Origin: Dictyostelium discoideum
Taxonomy: Eukaryota
Direction of reading: 5' to 3'
Length of the DNA: 64,000 nt
NCBI GenBank assembly: GCA_000004695.1
Contig: CM000154.2
Location: forward strand, 4,992,001-5,056,000
The translations under genes were made by a program, and so were the position numbers. The notes below the pieces were generated by a model that was given only the letters and a program-made list of their open reading frames with translations, did no database searches and was not told the origin of the DNA. Shown in pieces: positions 21,035-34,435 of this stretch (its first letter is position 1; the number at the start of each line of letters is the position of its first letter).

Positions 21035-21344
21035 TTTGTTTAATTTCGTTTAACTTGTGAGAGTTGGTTAATTGTGGTGAGTTGGGGTGTGTGTGATATT
21101 AACAATTGATTTTGATGTGTGGTAATTGTTTTGATTTGCATTAACATAATAATAATTAAAAAAAAAAAAAAATAATAAAAAAAAAAAATAATAATATTAT
21201 TATTATTAACTAGAATAATTTTTAATTTAATTAATTTAGAAAATTAATAAAACACTCTCAATCTGTTATTATTATATTCATAAATTTTTTTTATTTTATT
21301 TTTGTGTGTAGAGCTAAATATATTAATTTATAAATATATATGCA

Positions 21345-21420
21345 TAGTGTGTGTATGTGTGTGTGTATGTGTGTGTGTGAGTGTGTGTTTTGTGTGTTGT
21401 GTGGTATGTGCTTATATGTG
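21345..21420. promoter_or_regulatory. Imperfect (GT)n/(CA)n island of about 75 bp in a 3.8 kb gene-free divergent intergenic region. Candidate G-box or CA-rich developmental enhancer.
   Basis: Sequence tgcatagtgtgtgtatgtgtgtgtgtatgtgtgtgtgtgagtgtgtgttttgtgtgttgtgtggtatgtg. Further G/T-rich islands lie at 21054..21135 and 21904..21975. The region sits between the warA start (19854, minus strand) and the gene at 23686 (plus strand). GBF-bound G-boxes and CAEs are established Dictyostelium post-aggregative elements; the assignment here is inferred. Confidence 0.35.
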
Positions 21421-23014
21421 ATCTTTTATCATTAATATCAAAATGATATTAATTAAATAATGATATTGAAATTGAAAAAATAAATAAATTTAAATAAAAT
21501 TTAAATTAAAATAATAATAATAATAAATAAATAAAAGAATGTAAAAATTATGATATTTGATGATGATAAAAATAACAACAATAATAAATAAAATTTAAAT
21601 TCATTTTTGAACGAAGAAAGTGTTTTTTTTTTTTTTTTTTTTTTTAATGAGAGTTTTTTTTTTTTTTTAGAAATACTATGTGATATGTGGTTAGATACAT
21701 TGTCAAAAATTGAAGGAGTTATTATTATTATTATTATTTTTATTATTATTTTTTTTTTTATTTATTTTTATTTTTATTTTTATTTTTATTATTATTATTT
21801 TTATTTTTTTTATTTTTATTTTTTTTTTTTATTAATAATATAATTGATCGACATAAATGATAATAACAAACTCTTTTTTTAAATTATTGGATATTCATTC
21901 AAAAGTGTGATGTGGTGGTAAGTTGTGTTTTTTGGAATGTGTGAGAGAGAGATATAGAGTGGGTGTGGTTCTATCATAATTAATATTTGTATAAAAACAA
22001 AATAATTTGCAAAAAAATAATGCGGGCGAATAACTATTATATTATTAAAAAAATAATAAATAATTTTAATAAATAAATAAATAAATAAATTGATAATTGA
22101 TAAATAAACCCACCACACATAAGAAAGATATATTAACCTTTAATGAATGAGATATTAATTTTCACGCATGTTTATAATTAATTTTTTTTTTTTTTATTTT
22201 TTTATTTTTTTTTTTGGTGTTTAAAAAAAGAAAGAAATAAAAAATAAAAATAAAAAGAAAATACCAATTTAATTATTTAATACAATTATGTCGACACTAC
22301 ATGTTGATGCAAATTGAGTGTATAATTTGTAAAAAAAAAAAAAAAAATAATAAAAAAATATAAAAAAAGAAACAAAACCTCAATTGGTGATATCACTTGA
22401 AAATATATAGTTTATAAATAGATATATTATTATTACTATTATTATTATTATTATTATTTCTACTATTATTATTTTTTATTATTTTTTATATTAATATATT
22501 TATAGACAATATACATATTTTATTTTTTTTTTATTTTATTTTTTAATTTATTTATATAAAAATGAAAAAAAAAAAAAAATAAAAAAAAATAAAAAAAAAT
22601 ATTATTATAACAAATATTGTTAAAATTGTTAATAATTTATATAATTTTTGTTCTTATTGTCAATTTTTATCATCACCCAAAGTATTTTGAATAGATATAA
22701 TTATTTTATTTTATTATAATTTATTTATTTGTTTGTTTTTGTTTTTTTTTTTTTTTTTTACGAGGCGAAAATAAAATTTATCAAATCCCATATGATATAC
22801 AAAAAGTTTCTAAAAAAGGGTTTTTTTTATTTTTAGTTTTACCTTTTTAATACAAATTATTTCTTAAAATAAAAAATTGAAAAAAAAATTGAAAAAAAAA
22901 TTGCTATTATTACTATTATTATTTTATTATTATTTTCGCTATTATTATTTTTATTATTATTTTTATTTTTTTTTTAATTTTTTTAATTAATTAATTAATG
23001 TAAATGATTTTTGT

Positions 23015-23046
<32 letters not shown>

Positions 23047-23510
23047 TTTAATTTTAATTTTTTTTTTTTTTTTTATTTTAAAATAAAAATCACATGCTAT
23101 CATTTATCATTTTTGATTTTTTTTTTTTTTTAAATTTCCACTGAATTTCTAAAATTGAAAAAAAAAAAAATTAAAAATATTATTACCGAAACAAAACCAC
23201 ACACTTTAATATTAAAACTTAGTGGTTTAAATCCCAAAAGCAAATTTTTGATAGAAAATTCAATTATGAATCTAAAGAGAGTAATTTCATTTTAATTAGT
23301 GATCATTTTAAAATCAAAAACTATCTTGTAAAATTGTTTAGTTTTATATGAGAAAAATTTTAAAATTTTTTTTTTTTTCCAATTGATTTTGATATTTTTT
23401 TTTCGGTTTAAAAAAAAAAAAAAAATTAATTAATTTAAATTAATTAATTTTTAAAAAAAAAAAAAAAAAAAAACCCCAATTTAAACAAGTGTATTTTTAA
23501 AAATAGTTTA

Positions 23511-23541
<31 letters not shown>

Positions 23542-23622
23542 TTCAAAAAAAAAAAAAAAAAAAATGTGATTGTGTAATAGTACTACTGTTTAAATTAGTT
23601 AGATATAATTTTTTTTAATTAA

Positions 23623-23655
<33 letters not shown>

Positions 23656-23685
23656 TTTTTCTTTTTTTTTTTTTTTGGAGTGGAA

Positions 23686-25081
23686 ATGCCAGCAGATTCT
23701 ATTTCAAAGTATTTTCTATTTTTAATTTTTTTTTTTAAATTAATAAAAAATATCTCGACAGTTTCATGTTCGCACCACAGCAAAGAGCGACCAACTACCG
23801 ATTTAGCATGTTCATTAAAAATATGTTCAGAGTTGGGAGAGCCATGTGGTAATGATACTCATTATAGTGGATTTCAATGTTATGTTGAAGATAGATGCTT
23901 AAACAGTACTTGTGTACCTAGTCTTGGTATTGGAAATGATTGTAATTCAAGTTTTGATTGTATATTAGGTACAACATGTGTTATTGATCAAAATAATAAT
24001 GATAATAATAATAATGATAATAATGATAATAGTGATAATGATGATGATAATAATAATGATAATAATGATATTAATAATATAAATAATTTTAAAGGATATT
24101 ATCATAAAAATTTAACGACAAAAGTGAATTTAAAAATTAAAAAAACTTGTCAACATTCATTTTTTGCCGAATTTGGTGATAAATGTAAAAGAAATTCAGA
24201 TTGTTTAAATAGTTTAGAATGTATTAATGGTAAATGTTCAACACCATCACTTGGATGTTTGACTGATTTTAGTTGTAATAATGATTCAATATGTAATAGA
24301 GATACAAGACAATGTGTAGTTACAACCTTAAAAGAAGGTGAATGTTTTTTATTTAAACAATTCTCTTGTAATGATCAAAACTTATTATGTGCACCAAAAT
24401 CATTTATGATTTCTTCAATTGGAATTTGTAAAAAACAAATTGAAGGTTCACCTTGTTTAACTAGTAAACTTATAAATTGTGATTGGAATTTATATCAATG
24501 GGTTTGTAGTAAACTTTTAATTTATTAAAAAAAAAAAAAAAGAGGATTATAAATGTACTAATTATTTTTTTTTAAAAAAAAAAATAAAGTGTAAACCATT
24601 GAATCCAGGATCATTAATGGGTAATTGTACAATTCAACCAAGTAATACATCAAAATCATGTATAACACAAGCTGATTGTAATTATTATGAAATGTGTAAA
24701 TGTGATAGTTCCCATTCTGGTGTTGGATATTGTATACCAAAAGGGTCTTATAACTTTTTTGGTAGTTATTGTAAAGCTTCAATAAATAAATTTTTAGAAT
24801 GTTATTATAAAACCAATTGTACAGATTTATTTTCACAAAATCCATCATCATGTTCTTATAGAAATTGCCCAGAAGAAAGTGAATGTCTTGGAACATTTTG
24901 TATTGATAAAATGTTACCAGTTGGAGTTTGTACAAATAGAAAATGTAAACTCACATTATTCAATACTACAAATGGTCATTTTAAAGTTGCATCATCATCA
25001 TCTTTTTCAAATTTTAATTTTAATTCTTTATCATATTTAATAATAACATTAATATTAATAATAATTTTTATAATAATTTAA
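23686..25081 (+). CDS. Cys-rich secreted protein with a predicted C-terminal GPI-anchor signal. Exons 23686..24501 and 24590..25081.
   Basis: Signal-like N-terminus MPADSISKYFLFLIFFF. Many spaced Cys, for example CSLKICSELGEPCGNDTHYSGFQCYVEDRCLNSTC. The C-terminus SSSSFSNFNFNSLSYLIITLILIIIFIII has a small-residue omega site followed by a hydrophobic tail. The two ORFs join only with a GTTTGT donor (24502) and an AAG acceptor (24587-24589), 88 nt. The donor is non-canonical, so the junction is uncertain. Confidence 0.55.
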
Positions 25082-25188
25082 TATTTAATTATTTTTATAA
25101 AAATAAAATTTTAAATTTATTGTGTGTAAATAATTATTTATTTATTATTATCATTATTTTTTTTTTTAATGTTTTTTTTTTTTTTTTT

Positions 25189-26402
25189 TTAAAAGTTTTC
25201 TTTATGAAAATAAAATTTGGTACCACCAGTTTTTAAACAAGTATAATATCTACATTTTTCATAAAGTTCTTTTGATAATTGAGAAGGACCACAACAAAAT
25301 ACACTAATTGATTCACCGGAATACTTTTTAGAGTAATATTGGAAAATTGTATCCCAATTTGGTCTTCCCCAATGAGTTTTAAATGGTAAATTAGTGGTTG
25401 GATCTAAACCTTGTGCTTTGAATAGTTTATCTAAACCATTCCATAACATAAACACTCTAACATCATTCTTTGGAAAAACACGAGTGTTAAAGGTATTAAT
25501 GGATATTTTTGGTAAATTACTATTACCATTCGTTGAGATATCAATTAATAGGTCTTCAAACCATTGGAAACTATGTTGATCTCTATTGAGCCAAAAGAAA
25601 TGAACCTTTTCAAGATTACCTAAACCAAACTTTGTTGTAATCTCATTTTTACTTTGTTCCAATGCAATTTGATCACCTTGATTTAATAATTGTAATCTCT
25701 GTTTCTTTAATGAAATATCCTTTAATAATGATGCCATTGGTGAAACACCAATACCTGCACCCACTAATATAACTTGTTTTTGTTTTAATGCATATTGACT
25801 TGATGATCCAAATGGACCATCAATATTAATTCGAAATGGTTTTAAACCAATTTCTAAATCAATTTGATCAATATTATTATTATTATTAATAATAAAATTA
25901 GAACCATCAGGCAATACATTTTGTTGTTTAATATTATTATATAATTGTTGTTGTTGTTGTAATTGTTTTTTAATTGATAACCATCTAAATAATTTCTTTG
26001 TCCAATTACCTGTTACTCTAATATGAACATATATTTTATCCTCTAATGGTGATGAGGTCATTGTAAATGGATGCCATTGTAATTTTGAAATATGTGGTAC
26101 ATTGATCAATAAATATTGTCCAGGTTTATAATCGAATGATGGTGGTTTACTAAATGTTAAATTAATTACTCTTTCGTTCTTTAAACAATAATCTAAAACT
26201 TCAACTCTATGAGTTCTTTTAAACAATCTAAAACTTCTATCAACTGTATAAAAGAAACCTGGAACAATAAACCATTTCCAAAATGTTGGTGGTCTAATCC
26301 AACCCATTGTACCATGTAAAATTAATAAAACATAAAATCCAATAAATAAATGATGACTATAATAAAATAACTATAAAATTATATAATAAAAAATAATTAA
26401 TT

Positions 26403-26433
<31 letters not shown>

Positions 26434-27949
26434 CTTACTTCAAAATTAGATTTCCTAATAATTTTTAAAGATAAAATTGCCATAATTATTAAAAATGATA
26501 TCATAATGAAACCTGTTACACCTGGTAAACTATTAAAAATCATTTCCCAAACTGTTGGCCTAAATTTAAAATGAGGTGCTAAACAATCATAAAAAATATT
26601 ATCAGGTTTACCAGTTGCAACTGCCATACCAACAATCCAACCAATAGTATGTAAAAATGAAGCAATGATTAATGTATAACCAATTAATTTATGAAATGTC
26701 ATATATTTATCAACTGGAAATAAAAATTTAAATTTGGTATTTCTAATCATTGTAAATAATTGTTTACACATTGTCATTAAAATTATTGCTGCATTGAATT
26801 CAATTAATTGAGCTGCAATTCTTGTTATATATACACCCGGGCCAAATAATTCTATTGCTCTTTTATTATTTGCATGAACATTTAAAAAACTTGTTATTAC
26901 TAAAATTGAATTTATAATAAAAAATAAAGATATAAAAAATAATTTTGATCCTTCAATTTTTAAATATCTTTTTAAACTATGAAAACTTTCTTTTTCCGTA
27001 TATATTCCAATATTTTCTTCTTTAAAATTATAATTTGTATTTTCTTCTTTTTCTTTTACTTTATTTTCATTGTTAATTGTTAATTCACTTTTAAATTCTT
27101 CAAAATCTATATATCCATCCATATTTTTATCAAATTGTTGAAAAATGTGATCAATCAAACTTTCCATTGTAAAGTCTTGAAATTTTAACCCATTTTGTTT
27201 AGTTCTATAATTTAATACTTCTTTTAAATCATCTCTTGAAATAAAACCCTTATCATATATATCATATAATTTAAAAACACCTTTAAAATATTAAATTAGT
27301 TTCATATATTTTTACAACAATATATTAATCATTTGTTAATTTAATACATACTGGTTATTTTTTGTTCTTCACTACCAACTTTTGAAAGGTTTAAATATAT
27401 ATGATTAATTACATCAAATAAATTAATTTTTGATTCAATTTCAAATGATCTTGATTTTTTAATTTTTTTAATTTTACTATTACTATTGATACTACTAGAA
27501 AATGATTTTGATTTATAAATATGTGGTTGTTTTAAAATTGTTGGTAAAGAATGTGATTGTAACTGAACTTCACATTGGTTATTGGTTTGATTGAATGGAG
27601 GTATTGGGTTTGTTTCAATTGTATTTTCTATATTTGATTTTGATATTATTTTAAATTGGTCTGATTTAATATTCTTATCTTCAAAATCTATTGATTGTAT
27701 TGTTATAGGAATTGAAGCAACACTTGAATCAATTGAACTAGACGAAATCGAATTTCTACAAGAACTTAAAGAATCTGAAACCATTGAACCTGTATTATTT
27801 ATTGAATTATTTAAATTTGTTGGAAAACTTGATATTGAAGATTTTGGAGATATTGGTGATATATTACTTGATGGATATTCATTTTTATTAAAATTATTGC
27901 TATTATTTATAATATCATCATCATGATTATCAACAGTATTAATATTATT

Positions 27950-27984
<35 letters not shown>

Positions 27985-28075
27985 CATTATTAATATTATT
28001 ATTATTACAATTATTAATATTATTATTATTATTATTATTATTGTTATTATTGTTATTATCAATATTATTATTATA

Positions 28076-28128
<53 letters not shown>

Positions 28129-28840
28129 ACTCTACAGGGATTGGGAAAGAATTACCACCTATTGGAATTTTTAAAGTATTTTCAATTTCTTTTTTCTTTT
28201 TAAATATTTCTTCAATATCGCTATTAAAATTATTAATATCATTTATTTTATCTATATAATTATCATTTTTATCATCTATTTTACTATCATTATTATTTAA
28301 TTTTGAATTTCTGGAAAATGATTTTCTTGATTTTTTTGTTTTTTTTTTAATTTCTTTTTTTAAATCTATATTTAAACTACTATTACTTGATTTTCTAATT
28401 AAATTTGGCCTTGTAGATTGAACATATTGATTGAATATTAAATCCAAAGCCTGATTATCATTAATATTAAATAATTCTTTTAAAGAATTTTTATCAATCA
28501 TTAAAACTCTATTTCCACTTTCTTGGTTTTTAATGAACTCTCTTATTTTGAACTCATTTTCTAGAAAAAAAAATTATGATAATTTTAAAATTATTAGTAT
28601 TTTAAAATTTGTCGTTTTTTTTTAAATTTATGGTAAAATTTTACCTTTTAAACTCTCCATTAAAATTTTATCAGTGATTGAAAAATTATTTTCATTTTTA
28701 GTTTTATCAACACTTATATTTGGTAATTCTAATAAACTTGCGTCTAAAAATGTTGATTTATGTAAATTTGTCCTAAATTCATGAGGAAAAGACAATGGAT
28801 TTGCAAATTTTTTAATAGAAATATTTTTTTGTTTTTCCAT
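25189..28840 (-). CDS. noxC: EF-hand NADPH oxidase NoxC (NOX5-like), four exons: 28840..28645, 28560..27352, 27280..26439, 26370..25192. 1142 aa.
   Basis: Two EF hands: [21 protein letters not shown] and [17 protein letters not shown]. Ferric-reductase transmembrane His residues are present. FAD-binding motif [30 protein letters not shown]-binding motif [20 protein letters not shown]-terminus GRPNWD...FCCGP...FHKENF. Introns are GTAAAA/CTAG, GTATGT/AAAG and GTAAGT/TATAG, with phases 1, 1 and 0 all consistent. The summed CDS of 3429 nt equals the 1142 aa I recall for Dictyostelium NoxC. Confidence 0.85.
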
Positions 28841-29344
28841 TGTTGTTATCAAATAATTTTCATTTAGGTAATTATAAAATTTTTTTTTTTTTTTTTTTAA
28901 TGCAGTTGTAAAAAATAAATAATAATTAAACTATCGATAAAATTAATTTTTATTATTAGTAATTTAATCAAAATAAAAATATCAAATGAAATTTATGTAA
29001 CAAATTGTAAACAATGACTAATATAATGTTAAATTGATCTAAAAAAACAACAACAAAGTCCAAAAAAGGAAATTTTATTATTTTTTTTTATTTTTTTAAT
29101 ATTTTCCAAACTGGAATATAATAGCGATTATTATAACCAATAATTTATTTATATATAAACGGGATGGTATCTCCTTTTTAGAATTCCTTTCAAACTTTAT
29201 CTTACCTTCTTTTAAAATGAGAATTTTTTTTTTTACAGATTTTTTACAGATTTTTTTTTAGTTTTTTTTTTTTTTTACTAATAAAAACCAATAATTTACA
29301 ATAACCTAAATAATTTTTTTTATCTACTTTTTTTTTTAATTTCC

Positions 29345-29407
<63 letters not shown>

Positions 29408-29498
29408 AAATTAAATTCTTTTAGAGAGTATATTCTAAATCTTAAAACATTTTATTATTTTATTATAGTGGTATAGCTTCCATATAAAACTCCACCTA

Positions 29499-29529
<31 letters not shown>

Positions 29530-30009
29530 GATTATGAAATTTAAAATTGGTAATGTAATGGAAAGAGGAAAAAAAAAAAAAAAGAAATGAAAAATAAATA
29601 AAAATATTAATATTTAATAATATTAATATTATTTGGGGTGGGTGGTTGGGGGTTGGAATATTTCAAGTGTGTTGTTTGGTTGTTGAAAATTATTTTTATT
29701 TTTATTTTTTTTAATAATTACTTTTCTCCATTTTAAGAAAGTTTTAAAAAAAGAATTCTGAGATTAAATAATAAAAAAAAATAAAATAAATTTATTTTTA
29801 AAAAAAAACACTATCTTTTTTTGGTAAATTTCCAAAAATTGTAATCCCAACCATTCTTTATCATAAAGTTTTTTTTTTTTTTTTTTTTAAATTTTTGATT
29901 GGTTATAAATAAAAAAAAAGGTAAAATTTCAGCATTATAGCGATGGCACTTGCCTTATTTCCACTTTTTGTTTTTTTTTTTTTTCCCCCAAGCAAACCCC
30001 ACAAAAAAG

Positions 30010-30040
<31 letters not shown>

Positions 30041-30197
30041 TTTTGTTGTTATTATTTTTTTTAATTTTTTTTATTTCTTTATTATTTTTTTTTTTTTCCT
30101 GGTTATATAAATAGATATTTTGAATTTTCATTTAAAATTACAACATTTAATGATAGTAATTACTATTTAGGTATTACGTATTATTATGTAAAAAAAT

Positions 30198-30394
<197 letters not shown>

Positions 30395-30398
<4 letters not shown>

Positions 30399-31910
30399 GC
30401 GTGAGTGAGTGAACTACTTCTATTATGTTTTTTCTTATTCTTATTTTTATTTTTCTTTGATGGAGTATTATGAGTACTATTTGAATTAATTGAAGAGGAA
30501 GAGAAAGAAAGTGGTGATGAAGCGCCATCTAAAACCTCGACAGAGTTATTGTTATTGATGCTATTTAAATCAAATGATTGGTTATCGATATCTAAATTTA
30601 AAGATTTGTTTGGAATGATTGGAGAAGATAATGGAGATTGATCAACGCTATGGTTTTTTTTATGTTGTGGTTGATTTTTACCATGTGATTTCCTTCCACC
30701 TTTTCTACCTTGTTTGGGACTATTTGATGAATGAATTGGAGGGCCATGATATGGTTCATAGGCAAAGAGTAAGTCACCACTAGATGAGACTACACTTGGA
30801 GTTATAGGTTCATTTGATTTTCTCTTGTCTTTAACCGATACTGATCCTTCATTCTCTGGTGAAGATATTGTTGAAGAACTATTGGCTTCATCAACTTTTT
30901 CTGATGGTGGTGATACGATGATACCAACTTCATTTTCTTCATTTACTGTTTCATTTTCTTCATTTACTTTTTCATCCTCTTTATTATCATCTTCTTTAGT
31001 TTCTTCTTCCTTAGTTTCTTCTTTGATTTCTTCGTTAACCTCCTCTTCTTTATCTTGTTTAACTTCTTCTTTGACTTCCTCTTTGACTTCTTTAACCTCC
31101 TCCTTAACCTCTTCTTCTTTAACTTCCTCCTCTTTAACCTCTTCTTCTTTGGCCTCCCCCTTAACCTCTTCCTCTTTGACCTCCACCTTGACCTCTTCTT
31201 TAACTTCCTCCTCTTTAACTTCCTCTTCAACTTGGTTAACTTCTTTTACCTCGGTGGCTTCGTCATTGACCTCTTCTTTAATTTCCTCTTTAGTTTCTTC
31301 TTTGGCTACTTCTTTAACCTCCTCTTCTTTAACCTCCTCTTCTTTAACCTCCTCTTCTTTAACTTCTTCTTTAACATCCTCTTCTTTAACCTCCTCTTTA
31401 ACTTCTTCAACAATTTTATTATTTTCTTTTTGTTGTTGTTCTTGTTCTTGTTCTTGTTGTTGTTTTAATTTTTCTAAATCTTCCTTTTCTTTTTGTAATC
31501 TTTCAGCCAATTTTTGTTTATAAGAAATGATTGGATCAATGAAAACTTTTGGAGGGGTAACTTTCCAAGAATGGAAATAAGATTTAAAGAGTGGTGATTC
31601 ATTGTATTGTTCAACCAACTCAACTGAACAATCAGAGGGTCTTTGATCATTTGCAGTCTCAATGTATTGTTTAGCCAAGTCTTGAGTATCATTTAATTTT
31701 TGATCAGTACTCTTTGAACCTTTCCAAAGGAAAACTTTATGGTAAACATCTAACAATACACACTCTTGAGAATTTAAATCAACTTGAGAGAATGGATTAA
31801 TTTGATCTGCTTTAAAGATACCAGAATTATCTGTGCATAAAAATAATTTAATTTTCTTTGGTCTTAAATGTTTAATTATTGTTGTTGTTTTATTATTATC
31901 TTTTTCTTCT

Positions 31911-31949
<39 letters not shown>

Positions 31950-33752
31950 TCTTCTTTTTCTTCTTCTTCTTTTTCTTTTTCTTCTTTATTTTCATTTATA
32001 AAAGTATTTATAACAATATCATTAGAATTACCACCAATAATTTTCCAAAAGTTATCACTTTCTTTTCCTTGGTCAAATTCTTTAACACCAGCTTCATATT
32101 CTGGTGGTAAGAAAGTGAATAAATCAGCAGCCAATTCTCTTTGGTGTTCAGTTGAAACTTTACCATGCCAAACGATGATATATTTATTTGGGAAAAGGAA
32201 AACAAAAGAGTCTAAAGAGTTTAAGAGTTTAGCATTACAAGAGTCTGGATCAGGGAATAATTGAGTACCTCTATTGGCACGTACTTGAAATATCATTGGT
32301 TTCAAAGCCAACTCTTCATTGAGTACTAATAATTCTGTACCAAAGAGATTGATAAATTCTTGTGGTTCTTTATTTTGAGAGATTCTATATTCGACGGGAT
32401 CATCTGATTTCAAACCTTCCATCTTCTTTTGAATCTCCTTGTAGAGACCAAACTTGTAGCCAATGTAATTACGTTGGTTAGAGTATAGACCCTCCCAAAA
32501 GAAGATCACGGAACGAATTGAATTCTTATTCTCTGGTTTATAAATGAAATGGCAAACGTATGATTTGTTGGAATAGAAAATACCAAAATCGTCTTCCTCC
32601 ACTTTATTCCATTTATTACCACTGCCACCACCAGAACACCATACCAATAGTTTACCATTACTATAATCTGATGCAGCGCCAATGTTAATCACTGGTACTT
32701 CTTTATCTTGATGCATTGAGGATACATCGAAATTTAAAGCCTCCTTTTTCTTTGAGGATAATGACAAGTAGGAGGTTTGTAATGGTTGTGCTTTCTCTAC
32801 CCATTTACTGAATTTACTCTTGAATAAGCAACTTTCGGCACCATCGAATACCCAGGTTATGATTGGTTGTAATTTGAGTTTACCATAGTATTCAGGTCTA
32901 TCATATTGGGTCCAAATTTTCTTTGCAACTGGTATCAATGTATCTTTAGTTGATTTCTTTACACCTTTTCCTAACCAAATGTACATCTCATGCTCACAAT
33001 CCAATATGAAACATGCTGATGATTCTAACATCTCTTGATTTATACCTTCATCCTCTTCCATTGGTTTAATTGATGGTTTACCATCGGTACCTGTAAATAT
33101 CTTAAATAAAAAGAATTCGGGCTCTAACACTTGTTCTTCATCATCTTCGTCAACTTGGAATATATCATTCTTTTCTTTTGTAACATTTAATTTTGTACCT
33201 TTTGGAACTCCTAAACAAAATAAAAATGTTGGATGTTCTTCTCCAATTTCTTTTTTTAAAAATAAAAAAAAAAAAAAAAAATCATAATATTAGTATTATT
33301 TATTTTTTTTTATTTATTTTTTATTAAAACAAATTAAACATACCTAAAACTTGAACTGCTCTTTGACAACCAATTTCAACTTTTAATTTTTGAGCCATTT
33401 GTACGGCTTTAGCTTTCTTTTTAATGTTTGCTTGTTCAGAACACCATACGAAAATATAAGCATCACTTTGCATAATGAAAACATCCTCTAAATTTAAAAA
33501 TTCAACTGACATTGGTACTGAAATGAAATGAAATGGTTCATCTTTACCTGTTACTTGAATTAATTTTGCATCATCATGTAATGTAATTGATGATGAAACT
33601 AAATTTGATACAGCTTGTTTAACAACTCCTCCTTCTTCTTGTTGTTGTTGTAATGATGATGATGGTGATGGTGATGATGATGGAGTTTCTTCTTTTTTAT
33701 CTTCAACATTATTCTCTATCTCTTTACTATCTACAATATTATCTTCTTCCAT
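30395..33752 (-). CDS. Gelsolin-related actin-binding protein with about six gelsolin segments, a charged (KEEV)n repeat region and a Ser-rich C-terminus. Exons 33752..33344 and 33249..30398, 1087 aa.
   Basis: Gelsolin-segment signatures: FHFISVPMSVEFLNLEDVFIMQSDAYIFVWCS, ACFILDCEHEMYIWLGKG, LLVWCSGGGSGNKW, SFVFLFPNKYIIVWHGK, ECVLLDVYHKVFLWKGSKS. Intron from GTATGT (33343) to AAAG (33251-33250), phase 1. Imperfect 18-21 bp repeats encode EEVKEEEVKEE at about 30940..31420. At 1087 aa the protein is about 125 kDa, so it could be GRP125; that name is low confidence. Confidence 0.8.
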
Positions 33753-33866
33753 TTTTTTTTTATCTTTTTTAAATTTTATTTATTGTTTTATTTATTATTA
33801 TTTTTGATACTATACAATTTTAATGATACACACAATAATTTTTTTGTTGGGTTTTTTTTTTTTTTT

Positions 33867-33897
<31 letters not shown>

Positions 33898-34081
33898 GGT
33901 TAAAAATATACAAATTATATAATATCTAATTTAAGGCAATATATATAGGTTTTTTTAAAAGAATAAATAAATAAATAAATAAATAAATAAAGTTGAGATT
34001 ATAAAATAAAAAAAAGTTTAAAAAAAAAAATAAAAAATTAAATAAAAAAAAAATATTTATATATTATTATTATACATGTAG

Positions 34082-34114
<33 letters not shown>

Positions 34115-34435
34115 AAAAGATTTTATGATGGGCAAAAAAAGAAAAAATAAAAAAAAATAAAAAAAAAAAAAAAAAAAATTTGAAATTTTTTTTTTTTTTT
34201 TTTTTTTTTAATTCGCATAATACGTTTATTATATAAAATTTACAACATCCCATTTTTTTTATTTTTTTTTTTTATTGATTTTCATTCGTAATTAAGTCAG
34301 TTTGTCTGATAGTGAAATATTATAAAAATAATTATTTAATAATAATAGTAAAAAAAAAAAAAAAAGAAAAAAAAACATTTCTGTACCAAAAAAAAAAAAA
34401 AAAAAAAATCAAACATTTATCATTCATCAGTAATA

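Noticed and set aside
24509-24544. Alternative splice model for the GPI-protein gene, GTAAAC donor at 24509 to AG at 24541-24542
   Set aside because: It keeps the frame but forces the poly(T)/poly(A) tract tttttttttaaaaaaaaaaa into coding sequence, with a poor acceptor context. I preferred GTTTGT to AAG (24502-24589) and flagged it as uncertain.
30825-31523. 232-aa plus-strand ORF (SSLTSSLTSS...) and a minus-strand basic ORF at 30964-31230, inside the gelsolin-related gene
   Set aside because: They are antisense or alternate-frame readings of the imperfect (GAAGAAGTTAAAGAA)n repeat that encodes EEVKEE on the true frame. Repeats keep every frame open, and neither shows a conserved domain.
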